The notes: generated from the letters alone by a model not told the origin. Shown: positions 48,352 to 62,709, numbered from the stretch's first letter. The stretch: DNA of 64,000 nt from Lepidodermella squamata (GCA_047495785.1 JBLDXI010000032.1:1116001-1180000); one strand, 5' to 3'. Numbers and translations are program-made.

Positions 48352-50249
48352 TTAATAAAAATTAACAAAATATACTAGAGACAACAACGACAGAAAATAT
48401 GTCCGCGATTTGCTAAAATTGGGCGAAAAACTGTTAGCATTTTCTGAATCGGCATCTTCTTGCGCGTTCATCGAGGATCGCTTCATGCGAAACTGAAGAA
48501 CAAGCTGAGATACCTCGTTATCATAGTGAAGCACCAGGGTGTATATGCCTATGTATTTCTTGAGAGCCCCTTCCGTTGCCAGCTCAGTCACAATATTGAG
48601 GTGAAACTGTCCGGATGACTCCATGTAATTAGCCTGTAACGTGAACTCAGGCGGCGCTGAAACAGCTTCAGTTTTATCCCACCGAACAACGCTGTACATA
48701 AGCGTCGAATTGACATCGCCACTCGCGGGTAAATTGAGTCGTTGCTTCACGTGGCAGGTTATCTTAGCTCGGGACGGAAGGCCGGGTGTGATTGTCATAA
48801 TTGAATTACGTTGACCTTTTGTTTGACCACTGCTCGGAGGACCGCCGTTAACGTAAAATCGGCACGAATCCGTGTAAACAACACCGCTGTTGTATTCGAA
48901 GTAAATTTCTTTCACAGGTCGGCCATTTCCGGACTCGACACATTGGTAAGCTCTTCTTGTAATTGAAGACTCTAAAGAGGCCGTAAACCATAAGCAACTG
49001 GTGTCGGATCCTCTCCAGCCTAAGAAAAAATTGAATTAATAGCAATTTGATGATCGATGTCCGAATTCATACCTTTTAGAGGGAAATCGTCGTAAACTTT
49101 GCTGGTTTCGTTGTACCATTTCCACCTCAACGCCCTGGCGTCGCGAAAACGAGCTTCAGAGCAGTAAACCAGGTAATCTCCCAGAGCTACAGTAACGTTT
49201 GATTTTTGCACGCCTGATTCAATGAACTTGGGTTGCATATTTGTGCTAGAAGACGTGATGACCTGTCTGCCGTAGTCCATGCACCTCCACCACTCAAGCA
49301 CGTCTTCGCTTGGGCTTGGTCTACATCCGAATTCTGACAAGTTTCCCACACCAGGCTCGCCAGTTGCTATTACTGTTGTCGCAACCGTCCGGTCGTCGAA
49401 GAAAACAGGCACACAGCGAGAGTCGACAGGGCATCGGTGTTCAATCCTATTCTGAGCGTAGTAACTACTGACATCGACAATCGTATCGGCGTGAGCGAAA
49501 ACTTTTGGCACATGGCCAACTTTTGAACTCAGCTCGAATTCTCCGCTGATTTCGACGGTCAATACTCGCGATAGGTCCTCGTTAACAGGTTTAGCCGTGC
49601 ATTTCATACTGATACCTTCAGATAACGGAAATGAGCTAAATGACCGGCCGTGGTAGGTCATCATAACCGGCGGGTAAAAGAGCCGCGTTTTCGGGAAAGA
49701 CGTCCAGTTGTGAAGGCCGAAAATAACGGCTTTAGTCGTTGGTGGCAGGCGAAATTTGTGAACAAATATTTCAGACTCAAACTGGCCAACGGTTCCAGCG
49801 GCGCAATCTACACTGAATGACTGCAGGAACTTTTGATCAACAGAATACGTCAAATCTTCATTTTCGATCTGTAACGAAATTCTGCTAGTCGATAAGCGGC
49901 GAGTTAAAGAATTGTAAATTGTGACGTAAACTTCGAGGTTCACGTAAATTTGTTCGTTAGCTTGCCATAAAACTGCGACAGATTTAACTTGGTGCTCGTT
50001 GCTTATCCTGTAGTAAGGCAGTGCGGAGATGTTCTGGCTGTTGGGGTAGGGATTGCCTAGTGAAGTTCGAAGGGTGACAGGGCCGACTTTCCGGAAGTGG
50101 ACCTCCCCGTAGCTGAAGTCGAGCAGTGGTCCGCGTCCGCCGTCGACCAGCAGTAAGTCTGGTCGAATGATGAGAAATAACGAAGCTGTAGCTAGTGCGT
50201 GGGTGAGTAATTGATAGCACTTGACGCGGCGTTTAGCTGACGACCTCAT
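48352..50249 (-). CDS. Cell-surface protein with two Ig-like domains and a probable GPI-anchor signal
   Basis: Exons 50249-49073 and 49019-48352 join in frame. N-terminal hydrophobic signal, Ig patterns (LVYC..RWKW..AYQC; ITC..VRWDK..GIYT) and a hydrophobic C-terminus with no cytoplasmic tail. Confidence 0.6.
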
Positions 50250-51988
50250 TTCGTTGTTGTCATGAGGAGGAGCGGCCGTGATTTTTCAAGAGCAAATAAC
50301 AGCAGCAGAAATCATGGCACATCGATGATTGATGACGAATTACGATATCAGAAGCGCAGCGATTCGGCGGCAAATTTTGTAAGAAGACGCTGCGTGTACA
50401 TAATATCCTCCTCCCCGGCGCGCGGGATGTTGTCGTTGCCTAGTTGTGCGTGTAAGTTTTGTATAACTCTGTGGGGCGGCGAGCTGTGTGTGTGCGATAG
50501 ATACGATACACGACGGAGATTTGTAACTAGTAGTTGTTTTTATTGTGCGTATTACAGACGAAGGGAGATGGCGGAAATGCCGAACCAAATAAAGTAGAAA
50601 AAAGGCAAAGCCAAATAGCATACGCGCCGACAGTGAGGCGCGGTACTAACTCAGAAGACCCTTAGCATCATTATCATTTTATTACTATTATTATTTCTTC
50701 GTTCGTTCATTCGTCGCGGAGCCGCTGTTGCCGACTGCTGGCTGCGGAGAGGAAGTGAGTGATATCACTTTGGGCCTATTTTCTACACGCGCACATTATT
50801 AGCGCAGACAGTAGGGCGCCGCGTGCTGTTTGTGTGCGCGGTGACCTTGTGCGCGGCTGCGGAACGCGCGTGCTCACATACATAGCGTACTTTTTGTTAT
50901 TAGGGCCACTCGCGCGCGCGCCAAATTATGTCATTTTCAAAAAGCTGACTAGTAATAATTTCGTGTAGCGGCACGCGGCTTTAATAGCACCCTTTCGTTC
51001 GTTTGTTAGCTTGTTCCAGTCTGCAGTAATATCTGTGCGGCTGAAATTGGATTTTTGCTCTTTCAGCCCGTGTTGCTACCATTATTACGGATTCGCGACT
51101 CGACTGCTAATATTGGCTAGCCATCACGTACGAACGCCCGTGCTACGTACTATCGGTTGCTCTGGCGCGATTCGGTGCGACGGCGCTTGGTTCCGAGTCT
51201 CTCATCATCACAAAGCATGACACTACATGATCAGCATGTTATAAACTTACGCATTATTCTAATTCAACACATCAGCTCGCCGCCTACTCAATCACTGCAA
51301 TATGCAACACACATAAGATTTAACACACAAAACCCGAAAAAACGAGTCAGCAAAATATTGAGCAAATTTGGGGATAAATATGTTAAGGCCGCAATGTCCT
51401 CGTAGCTGGTGCCCGGCTTTTTCGCCATTGGCTTCCGGCACGCGATCCCACAGCTGTCATAAATGTGAATACAAAAAGCGAAATAATTGCTTTGAGACCG
51501 ATGCATCGATACATATTTGTTAGTTCTCCCCGATCATTATATCACCTGATAAAAAAACATGTGCACTTTATAATGGGACGACGCTGTAAAATCGATATAT
51601 ATTCCTTTCAGGCCATCTTTGTTTGTTTAAGACGCTAGAAGCCGATGGAAGTCACGCCTTCGCGCACCGAGAGTATCGATCTTGATGGCGAGGGCATCGA
51701 GGGCAAAATCAGACAATTGAGCGTGTTTAATGATTAAGGCTGTTTAGAATAGGTAAGAAAACAATCTTACGCTAAAGATGTAATTAATTATTTAAACCTT
51801 CGTGATATAATTTGCATCGCTCGAAGCAGCTCAAACTATATTACGCTGTCCGACGGTTAGATTTGGTTTTAGATCGCCAAATGCATTATCGGAAATTGGT
51901 TCATTTCAAAAACACTCTGGCTTGACTGGTAGATTACGCTTCGAATTTTGTACAGGATCTTCTGCAGAAGCTGTAAGACCAAATTAAA

Positions 51989-52644
51989 ATGGTCACGGTA
52001 GAAGCTGAATCAACATTTTCTGAGGAAGAAATTGAAGCTGTGACTGTTACTTTCAATAGGTTTTCGGCTAATCCCAAGGAACATATGGTAAATTGCATCA
52101 GGATATTTCTTCCTACTATACTATGCTTTCCTAAATACAGATCCTGTTTTACCAGACGTAAGTCCGAATGGTTAAAAAATAAGTTCAGGTTGCTTGCATG
52201 ATTTTAGCAGATTCTTCCAGATGTATCCCTCCTATTATGCAATGTTCCCGAGACTGGCTGGCGTGCCGGTGTCCCAAATTTCAAATAATAACTGGATGCG
52301 TCACATTCAGGGTCCGAAGAACCTATCAATAGTGGGGGAATTAGTGAGCAAAATCGCAGATCCCGCCGCTCTCCGGCCAAGTGTTCGTAAACTCGTTGCA
52401 GCCCCACATCACACTAAAATCAATCTGAAGACCAAAGACTACGAGGTTAGACATCTTCATTGCCTCTAAGGCACGCTTTTCATCATTGCCTTTCTAGAAT
52501 GCATTCAAAGCTCTTCTTGCTGCAATGAAGAAAGCTCTTGGCCGCGGGTTTCTGGATTCCGATTACGCGGCATGGGCAAAGTTTATTGCTTACTTGGTTC
52601 CCATGATTGAAGAAGAGCATGTAAAACTGGCATCTAAAGTTTGA
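51989..52644 (+). CDS. Single-domain globin
   Basis: Exons 51989-52087, 52141-52157, 52211-52445, 52498-52644. FFQMYP..MF (CD1 Phe), proximal His in APHH, AAWAKF. Introns fall at the classical B12.2 and G7.0 positions. Confidence 0.85.
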
Positions 52645-52854
52645 ACAGCTACTAAAATGCTGTACATACCGTATTGAATGCTACAAATAAACGAATTTTA
52701 TACATCATCACTATATATCATTTTACAGTCGACATTAGCAGCTGAAAACATAACAAATTCACCCGCACGTGCGATAGAGGCTTGGTTTTTTCATTCATTC
52801 TCTAAATTCTCTAGCTCGTAAATTTAACATCAAGCTGCTATACGAAAGACTGAA

Positions 52855-54102
52855 ATGGACAGCGATTTTGTGCCCCTGAAATGGGGAATAGTTGGCTCGG
52901 GCCATATTAGCCATGCATTTTGCCTATCGCTGCTTCGACTTGGCTCTCCCAAACATCAGCTGGCTGCGGTTGCTTCTCGAATGTCAGCAGATCGGGCTGC
53001 TGAATTCGCGAAGAAATTTAAAATGCCGAAATCCTACGGCAATTACGAGGATCTTTTTGCTGATCCTGAAATCAGTAAAGACCTTAATTTATGTAATCAA
53101 TTACATAATGAGACATTTTAGATGCTGTCTACATCGGAAACCTCTCGTCTGATCATTGCGAGGCCGCCATTATGGCAATCGAGTCTGGCAAAGCAGTTCT
53201 CGTGGAAAAGCCGATGACAATGACGAGTGTGGGTGCTCGCCGAGTTGTCGAGGCTAGTCGAAAGCACGGTGTCCTCTGTATGGAAGCTCTGTGGAGCCGA
53301 TTCATGCCGCCTTTCGAACGGATACGCCAACTGTTGAAACAAGGCAATGAGCCCTCTTCTCTTATTGTAAGCTCCGTTATAGTGAACCATGGCTTTTTCA
53401 TTTGATTTCGAATTTTTAAACAGGCGAATTTTTGCTTGCCCATTAACACAATTGACCGCCTTGCTAAGCCTGAGATGGGGTAAATTTACCAACATTTTAG
53501 ATAATGAAAAATTTTAAATTTCTGCTTTTTTTAGTGGCGGACTTCTGCGTGACATTGGTCTATATGGCATTCAATTGGCGTCAATGCTTTTTGGTGGATC
53601 TCCGAGTCAAATATGTGCGACCGGCCAGGCTAATGAGTACGGTGCAGACATTGCAGATTCGGTGTCCCTCCGCTATGATAACGGTGGACTAGCCTCAATC
53701 CTAATTGACAGTCGAGCTGGGGCTCGTGATCTTACCGAGGCTCGGATATTTTTCAAACCAGGCGGCGAATTTACGTCAGTCAAACTATGCGCCCCGTTTT
53801 ATGTCACCACTCGGTTAGAGCTGACGCGTCAGGACGGCTCTGTTCAGGTTGAAGACTATCCTATATACCCTAATTTGCCTCCTCCACCGGAAGGATTGTC
53901 TTTTCGAAACGCCGCGAGTCAAGCTTTAGCCTACGAGGCTGAGGCTTTTGCAGAGATATTTCAGCAATGGCTGAGAACCCGAGGAACTCCTAAAGTAATC
54001 CTTGAACACCCACTGCGAACTCACGCTGAGACTATCATCGACCTGGAAACGATTGAGAAAGCAACCGGCCAATGGCTACCTCCTTCTGATTTGAAAAATT
54101 AA
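52855..54102 (+). CDS. DHDH: Trans-1,2-dihydrobenzene-1,2-diol dehydrogenase / D-xylose dehydrogenase (Gfo/Idh/MocA family)
   Basis: LKWGIVGSGHIS, YGNYEDL, GKAVLVEKP, MEALWSRF, GG..DIGLY, LAYEAE over 4 exons. Confidence 0.8.
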
Positions 54103-54326
54103 CAATCCTCTATTGTTTCTGATGAAATAAATTTGGCGTGGGAATGTACCTGTGGTTCGTTTTTTATATACAGACACTACCTCGTCTGGTGCAAAGCTTG
54201 TTGCCTAGTGCTGCTTAGCCATTCAGCACTCACGCATTGTTACCAAGCAAAAATTGATTTTCGCTATCTTTTTTGCGCTGTACTGAAAATGTATACCAAT
54301 GTTTCATTTCATGCAACTTCAGAGCT

Positions 54327-57300
54327 ATGCAACTTACGCTAAATTCCCCAAACAGAGGATCATCAGAGGCTAATCAGGTAATACTTTGAAATTTCAGGCC
54401 AACTTCAGCTGAAAATCACTTTGTTTCAGCATGCTATCACTCATTTCGTAACTAATAACTTCACAATCCGACAATGTAGACGATATGTAAAAATTAACTG
54501 GTCAAAGGAGGAAGCTCATGGGTTCCACTCCGAAGATCTGAGGCGCCATTTTGCAGAGTAAATAAAAAAGCTTCACTTTTGCGATTCGAAACAGTGATTT
54601 TCTTTAGAGATGATTGCGCTTGTGGTCGATCGATCAATTGGCATCAAAGCCAAGGGCTGACGCTTCTTGCGAAAACTGAGCCATCAAGCAATTCCCCACG
54701 GAAGCCGATCAGCCTTCAAGAGGTTTTAGATGACTTTTCATCCGAGGAAGCCACGAATAATTACTGGGATCCTGGCAAAGATACCCTGCAAAAAATGTGC
54801 ATGAGCTGCTTCGGGGAGATAGACTTCTACCTGGTTGATGATCAGTTGGATACAGGTAATGAGTGGAATTCGGTCATGAGAAAAGCTCCTGCGAAATATC
54901 TCCGCCTCGAGGGTCGAATCGAAGAAGACTATTTGAAGAAAGTAGCCGCTATGATGACACTGGGAGCCTTCTGGAAGCTGCCTGAACCTGGGGTGATTTT
55001 TAGCATTTTTGGTACGCCGTTCTACAGCAGCCCTGAGAAAGAAAACCTTCTTATTGATGAAATTGCTGAGTTGCTCAAATCTTCCAACAGAGACAGTAAG
55101 TAGAAAACTTATTATGAAGCTTCAACCCTTTTTCTATGCTTCGCAGATATTTGGCTGGTGAGCCATGGCAAAAATATTGGTGTTGGTCAGCTGGTTGGTC
55201 AAGCGGTGGCTAAGGCTCGTTTCGAAAGACCTGAGCGGCATGTGACTTGCATTGGAATCGACTCTTGGTCCGCAACGTTGAATAGGAAAAGCCTAGATTC
55301 TGCGGAATTCACGACCCCGAACAGCAACGTCAAGTCTTTCGGCCGATGGCCTGCTCAATATGAAATAGACAATGTCACACCCCACAAGAGCCGGCCACGC
55401 GTCAGTAATTGTGGCCTTCATTACCTAGATCACAATCACGATTGCTTCCTACTTGTCGATACTGGGAAGGAAGTCAGTTTGGTTAATGGTATAACGTCTA
55501 ATCCTTCGCATTATCGTGAGGTCGTCGATTTCAGGCTAAAACTGGTAGACAGGCTTACAAATTTGGCCAGAATTAGCCTACCAGACACAACGTCTTCACA
55601 AGCATCTGTTCGGACTAATAAATCTGAACGTTCGTTGTCATCTTCGTTCTTCTCCGGCGAAACTTCTGTCGAAATGCTGTTGGAAAGGAGGGCTGGTTTT
55701 TATAACAGAACGCCTGGATTGATGATCATAGTAGGTGGTGGACTCGATGCTTTAGAGGCGGTGCGTGGAAACCTCGCTGAAGGGTCGCAATCTCCTAGTT
55801 TTGACAGCTTGACTCAAGTGAAGACGCAGCCGGTTTTGTTGATAACTGGCTTCGGGGGCCTTGCAGACTTGATGGCTTTCGCACTTCAATTACACGAACC
55901 AAAACACTCACTCCCTGGCACTAAAACCACAAAAAAGCAACGAGAGGATTATGCTCTCGAGAGGTAAGAGCCCCTAATAATACTTAGCATTTCTCAAATG
56001 AGCTAATTTCATATTATAGGGCAATTTACGAGAGAAAACTTATTTCGCACCCGGGTTTCCAACACATGCTCAAAGGAGTGGCGCCAGGAGACGAGAGGAC
56101 CAAGCAAGAAGCTGACGTTATCATAAAGCTTGGTCAGTGTCTAAACTCTGGTCGCCGCAACGTAAGTAGCTTTGTCCGTTCCGTTCTTTCTCACTCTCGA
56201 TTTATTCTGTTAATAGATATCTGCATTAGACATTCTTTCGAAGGAAAAATCTCTGAAGAGAGCTATTTTCGATGCGATATTTTCAAGTGAGATTTGAGGC
56301 TTTTTCTCATGTTACCATGTAAAATTCACTTTTATTCACAGCCAAGTTCTATTCAAGTAAGAAGATAATGGAGCTTTGTTTGCTGCTCAACGATTGCAAA
56401 GGTGCTTCGCTTTTGCTTGAGGAGGTCGAATCTCTTGGACTAGTAAGTCTGAAATTAAGTCTGAATTAAGGAAAGCAATCATGAAATTCACTTTTGCTTG
56501 ATTAGGATACGACGCTTTTCGATTTTAGTTCAAAACATGCCATTCTCTTGTTTGAGCATGGCCTGGTCGAGTTCTACAACGTTTTCAAGTCTTTTCGCTA
56601 CTTCAGTCTCAAGTCCATAATAGGAGCTCATTTCATGACATCGTTATACCGTGGTCTGCACCATCAATCAGCATATAACCCAGGCGTCCGTCTTCTCTTG
56701 AAGCTCGTTCTCAAAAGAAATTCCAGGAATTTTAGCAACATTGATGATCTACTTGGCAGCAGCGATGCTGCAGATTGTTTCAGTGAGCTTTTCGATTCGC
56801 TCTCGGGTAATGAAACTGCTAGACGAGAACTCTACTCGAAAGACGTGACAGACCACCGTCGTTTCACCCGGGACACTTTCTTGCTCCAAGTGTTGCTTAA
56901 CCACCACGAATTCGCCGTCCAGTTGTGGATCGATGGATCTGATCAGTTCTGTATGGCTATACTCTCTTCTATTATGCTGAAAAACCTGGCTAAAGCTTCT
57001 CATTCCTCGCCGTTGAATGAACAATATTCGAGCATGTGTAAAGAATGGGAAGAACGAGCCGGTAGGATTCTGCTAGCATGCGCTCAATCGAAGCAAGTCA
57101 ACTCGCTCGACGAATGGATGGACTGCGAGCGACTTATGTTGCATCAGAAGCCTCATGGGGATGAGAGGGTTTTTGACATGACAATGCGTTTCCGCATCGA
57201 TGAAATCACTGCTATGAACGCAACTAAGATGGAGCAAAGGCGAAAATGGTATGGCCATATTGATTGGGATACGTTATCGGGAATTGTAAGATTTCGCTTA

Positions 57301-59156
57301 TTCCTATTCGATCTAATAGTTGACTCAACGTTTTTCCAGATATGGGTTATTGCTATATTCCCCTTACTTTGGCCATTCATCAGATTTATCAAATTTGTTA
57401 TCGCTTCACACAATGGCGGCAAGCATTCTGATTTGGAGAATAACAACCACAACGATGAGGAAAAGATCTCTTCCCAACAAACAGGCAAGCTGGTTCAAGT
57501 TCAGCTTGTCAAGCCGATGTCTTGTTGTTACAAATCTGGCTTCGAGCCAGACCTTAGTGGACAGATCTCATTCTCTAAAGCGCTCAAGTACCTTTACAAG
57601 GCTCCAATCACTAAATACACGACTCATCTGGTAAGAATTTGACTCGACTAGTTTTTGTGCTTTAGCTTTACATTGCGGTAATTCCAGACTTCATGGATCT
57701 TTTTGGCGATGCTCATGACCCAAGTAGTGATTTCTGAAATGGCACCAGATAGATACAGCCCTAGCGAAATAGCAGTTTGGATTTGGTCCTTCTCACTTTT
57801 CAGCGAGTATCTGCGACCGTCTAAGATAGATCATTTTGGAAAGGCACTAAAGCGGTACCAACCGGATGATCCCTACTGGCTTTCAATCGGCCGCCATTTT
57901 CGACTGCGAATTGTTCAGACGGTTTTTCTAGTCGGTATGATTCTTCGATGGTGCAGTGTTAAAGACGTCATTTACGCCAGAACAATTTACTGTTTGGTCT
58001 GCGTCTATTACTGGATGCAGATCTTGGAGTTGGTGTGCAGAGCCAACTCATTTTTCGGTCCCAGGGCAATTGTTATGCTAAAATTAGTAAGCAAATTTGG
58101 CGCAAGATTTTAATTTAAACCGAATTTCCCTTTTCATTACAGGTGAAAGAACTACTCTTTTTTCTGGTCGTTTACGTCGTGGTTCTTTTGGCCTTCTCAA
58201 TTCCTATTTTTGCTATGCTTTTGCCTAACCAGCTATTTCCTCAAAAAGCGACTGAAGGGGAAAATTACTTCAGTTTGGTGATAAACATCGCTTATAGCCG
58301 TTGGTGGAATCTCTTCAACGTAATCGGTCTCGGCGAATTTGATGGCTCATGCTCGGCAGCTTTGTCAACGCCCGTCAATTCTACCAATCCCATTTGGCTG
58401 TTTGACGGACCTAACAAAAGACATGGATGTCCCCACCGAAATTTTGTGGCCGTGTTGCTATTCATTCTGTTTATCATATTTACGAATCTGTTTCTGCTCA
58501 ATGGTAAACATATTCGCTTGCCATAATAATTCTAACTAATATTCATTTCCCGGTATACAGTGCTCACGGCTTTTTTCACTGTCACTGTACAAGGAAAATG
58601 GAAAGAGGCTGAAGTTGATTGGATTTATCGATTTCATCGGACAATTCAAGAGTTCCACTTCAAAGCAGTGCTACCACCACCATTGAATATGTTACAACTT
58701 GTTTATGAATGGATCGCATACGCTGTCAGAAATCAAAGCCTAAACCGTAAGATTCACAGTACATCGAACAGCGAACGGGAACAAGATAATTCAACATTCT
58801 GCTGCGACGGATGCATTCTTCAGAACGATTGGCCGATAAGCGAATCGCAGAAGAGATATTTTACTGCTATTCAGCGAGCAGCAGCTAAGTTCATTGTTCA
58901 GGGTTCGAGGAAGCCTGATGCTCCACTTCAGATGGCCACAGCAAACCCGGATGACAAGGCTTTCACCCGGCAGATGTCGATGAAACTTGACGAAGAGATG
59001 GCTAAGCTGAACAGGCGCTTGGGAGAGCTGGAACGACAGCAGCAACGAGTTGCTACGAAGGTAACAAATACCACATCGGAGCTTCTGCTGATAAGCAAGA
59101 GTGATCCTACTGACTCTTATGGCTACGGCTGCCCTCAGTCTCAAAACTACGCTTGA
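54327..59156 (+). CDS. TRPM-like cation channel
   Basis: CACGR, FGEIDF, WKLPEPGVIFSI, CIGIDSW, LDHNHDCFLLVD (SLOG/MHR), APITKY, GPRAIV..K, LFLLNVLTAFF, TRP box W..RF + LPPPLN, C-terminal coiled coil. Confidence 0.85.
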
Positions 59157-59288
59157 TAATTCTCAATTTTAATGATCTAAATTGCAATGAATTCTGAATA
59201 AATTAATTATCTAAGGTCGTTTGAACATCGTCAATATTAAATTTCAGGAACATTGTCTCTTTTAAACATGCAGTTATTCATTCTGTGA

Positions 59289-60331
59289 TTAGTGGTCTGG
59301 CGAAATCAGCTCGGCTGGAGCATTCTTCGAAATGTAGTACTCAAATTTGGCCAATAAATCCTTGTCCGTGAAATGATTGCGCCAGTCACCGATTTGCCCC
59401 TTGCGGATAAAGTTGACTTTATCGCCCCAGACTCCACGCTTAAAATTGATGAGATGTTTAAAATACATTGAAAAATTACTTATTTTACCGCTTTCATGAA
59501 AGAAAAGTTGACATCGTCGTTTTGTTGCATCGATTCGAACTTGCTTCGTTCGATAATCTTGTCAATGATTTCTTCACTCAAGTCTTCGCCAAGAAATTCA
59601 GCCACTTTCTTTATCGTTGCTCGTGTATCTTTTTTCAGTTCCTCGTAGCTGACAAAGAGAATAGGTTTTCCTTTTTGCTTAAGCTCAAAAATTTCTTTCA
59701 GGTGATCAGGGTAAGGGCCCCAGAAAACTTCACCCTTCAGGAAATAGTCGTTGATGAATTGCTCAAATGTCATGTCAAAAGGGAAAGCGGTCATGCCGAT
59801 ATAGTGATGATACAGTGAGACGGCCACATCTTTCGGATTCCGGTAAACGTACACAACTTTGCTGTTAAAAACATGCCTGGGAAGCAAGGATCCAGGCATG
59901 TGAGTTAACAGGACCCTTGGCGACGGCAGCTGAGCATAAAACTTCGGTGAAGCGGGTGGATGACGAACGTCCAGCATGGGAAACTTCAAGTGGTTCGGAA
60001 TGCTGCCAAAATTCTTGGTTTTAATCATATACAGGATGTAGTACATCCAGTTGGTTCCTTTGGTAGATGTAAAAAAGGAATGATTCAACCATTATTATAC
60101 TATCTTACCACTCTTCGGGAATGTAAGTAGAGTCACGTCGTCTTCAACAAACGGAAAATTGTACAGCTCATTCCAAATGTACGGAATGTTAGGGAACAGC
60201 CAATGGCCATGGCATTGGATAAGACAGGGCCCTTGCTTTTGATTGCCCAGCAATTCCATACTTTGCACATAGCGAAGCATGTCTAGCTGCTCTATGGGTT
60301 TCTCTGTGATGAATTCTTCGCGCTGTTCCAT
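59289..60331 (-). CDS. Cytosolic sulfotransferase, copy 1
   Basis: TFPKSGTNW, THMP, RNPKDVAVS, RKGQIGDW over 3 exons. Confidence 0.9.
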
Positions 60332-61288
60332 TGTGTGATTGAAATTAAGCAGGCAGGATTGAAATGTGATTGACGCCAGGAACCTGGTGTTAGGGAACTC
60401 AACTTCAGTTAGAAAGTACGTACCTAATCTTATTTGCAAACGAAAAGGATTGTTGCCCCGTTATTTTTGCTGATAAAACCGCGAATCTCATTGAAAGGGA
60501 GGCCGCGTACAGCTACACCAGTTTTTAACTGCTTGACCCAGTATGCCGATGCGGCAACGGTGGAAACGATAACTAGTTTTGCAGCTGATAACAAATTTTG
60601 CTCTTCCTCCAAATAACCAAAAACTGACTGGCATAATCGCCGGTGTGGGTAAAAAGTGCAAGGCACGGCCATGTGGGGTGGGTTCGTTCACTCCCGAATA
60701 TAAAACGCACTGTGTTATGTCAGATAACGCCGTAATTGAACCGGTAAGGAACCCAAGCTTTTGGGGGTGTGGCAAGCACGTATACCGTGTAGTTTTTCAG
60801 GGGGTAACAAAACAAGGAAAGGTTTGTTTGGAAGGTTTTAAATCTGATTGGGTTGGCTCAAAAAACACGCAACACGCGATATTTGACATTTGGCGCGACA
60901 TTCAGGCGGTTTCCGCAAGCTCCATAGTTTGCGGACGGTCAGTTTCAGCAGTGAACCCTACAGGAAATTCACCGCAGGTTGCTTTAACGCAGGGTCGGGT
61001 TCAATGTTTGTCTTGGATCAGCCAAATTTGTAAATCTATGGTGAAGGTATCATTGCGATCGTTGTTTAAATAGCATGTAGAATAATTTTCGATCCGTGGC
61101 TTGAGCGAAATTTTTGGACTAGTGCGAAACGGAAATTTGAAACGCAAAAAAGCTGGCTGTTTGATTTTCAACTTAAATTTAAATTTGCAATATATTATCG
61201 ATTCAAGCACAACATTTCCTTGAAGGCCTTGCTTCAAAAAATAGCAATCATAAATAGATGGGTCACGCTCAGTTCCATCAAGGTGCTT

Positions 61289-62340
61289 TCAATGATCCAG
61301 TGCCAGCAGCTCTGCAGGCACACTTTTCGCTATGAATTCTTCGAACTTGGCCAGCAGTTCCTTGTCCGTAAAATGATTGCGCCAGTCACCGATCTGTCCC
61401 TTGCGGATGAAATTCACCTTGTCACCCCAGACTCCGAGCTGTAAATTAGAGCCTCATTTAACCATGCAGGCTAACACAAAAACGCATTGGTTACCGATTT
61501 CATGAAGGAAAAGTTGACATCGTCGTTTTGCTGCATCGATTCAAATTTGCTTCGCTCGATGATCTTGTCGATGATTTCTTCGCTCAATTCTTCGCCGAGA
61601 AACTCTGCCACTTTCTTGATCGTTCCTCGGGTGTCTTTTTTCAGTTCCTCGTAACTAACAAACAGAATAGGCTTCCCTTCTTTCTTTAGCTTCAAGATTT
61701 CTTGCAGGTGTTCAGGGTAAGGGCCCCAGAAGACTTCGCCCGTCATGAAATACTCCTTGATGAACTGTTCGAACGGCATGTCAAAAGGCCAAGCCGTCAT
61801 GCCGAGGTAATGGTGGTACAGTGATACGGCGACATCTTTTGGGTTTCGGTGCAGGTAAACCACCTTGCCGTTGAAGATGTGCCTGGGCAGTAATGAGCCA
61901 GGCATGTGCGAGCAAAGAACCCTAGGTGGTGGAAGTTGGGCGTAGAAGTTAGGTGAGGCAGGAGGATGTCGAATGTCCAAGAGTGGGAACTTCAAATGGT
62001 CGGGAATTTCGCCAAAATTCTTCGTCTTCATCATGTAAAGGATGTAGTACAGCCAGTTTGTTCCTTCGGAAAGAAAACACGTAGAAAAGGATGATGGATA
62101 TACACCGAATTGCTTACCACTCTTTGGAAAGGTCACTAGAGTAACGTCATCTTTAACGAATGGAAAATTGTAAAATTCATTCCAGATGTATGGAATGTTA
62201 GGAAACAGCCAGTGGCCACGGCATTTGATTAGGCAGGGCCCCTGCTTCTGATTGCCCAAAATATCCATACTCTGAGCATATTGAAGAACGTTCAACTCCT
62301 GTGGAGGCTTGTCAGTGATGTACTCCTCTCGCTGTTCCAT
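61289..62340 (-). CDS. Cytosolic sulfotransferase, copy 2
   Basis: Same PAPS-binding motifs and exon structure as copy 1. Confidence 0.9.
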
Positions 62341-62709
62341 TTTGCTGTGGGCCAAACTGTGTCGTGTCCTTAAAAACTCAAACGGAGAAAACGCAGTTTG
62401 CGCAGCTGTGCTAGGGCCTTTTTCTTATGTGAAAAGTGGTGATAAGAACGTGCTGCTGTCCGGTCTTTTTACTGATATAGCTCGAGTTTGAAAAAACATT
62501 CTTGAAAAAAACAGATTGATGGCAGCGATGAGGTCCCTAGGCAGAGCTCTAATATAAGGCAGATAACATGATACCCGAAACCAGGAAATTTTGAAGATAT
62601 GCGGGCAGAATTCATGATAGATAACGTGTCATATATTGTTTATTTCTACCACTTTTGCGTATGTATTATAACCTGGAAAGAAAGGGAAAGAAATTAGAAC
62701 GATCCATAA

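Noticed and set aside
50262-51506. Multiple short ORFs between the Ig-like gene and the globin
   Set aside because: Likely a divergent promoter/UTR region with no coding signal.
60430-61237. 164-aa ORF and neighbours between the sulfotransferases
   Set aside because: No recognisable motifs or splice structure; probably a non-coding insertion.
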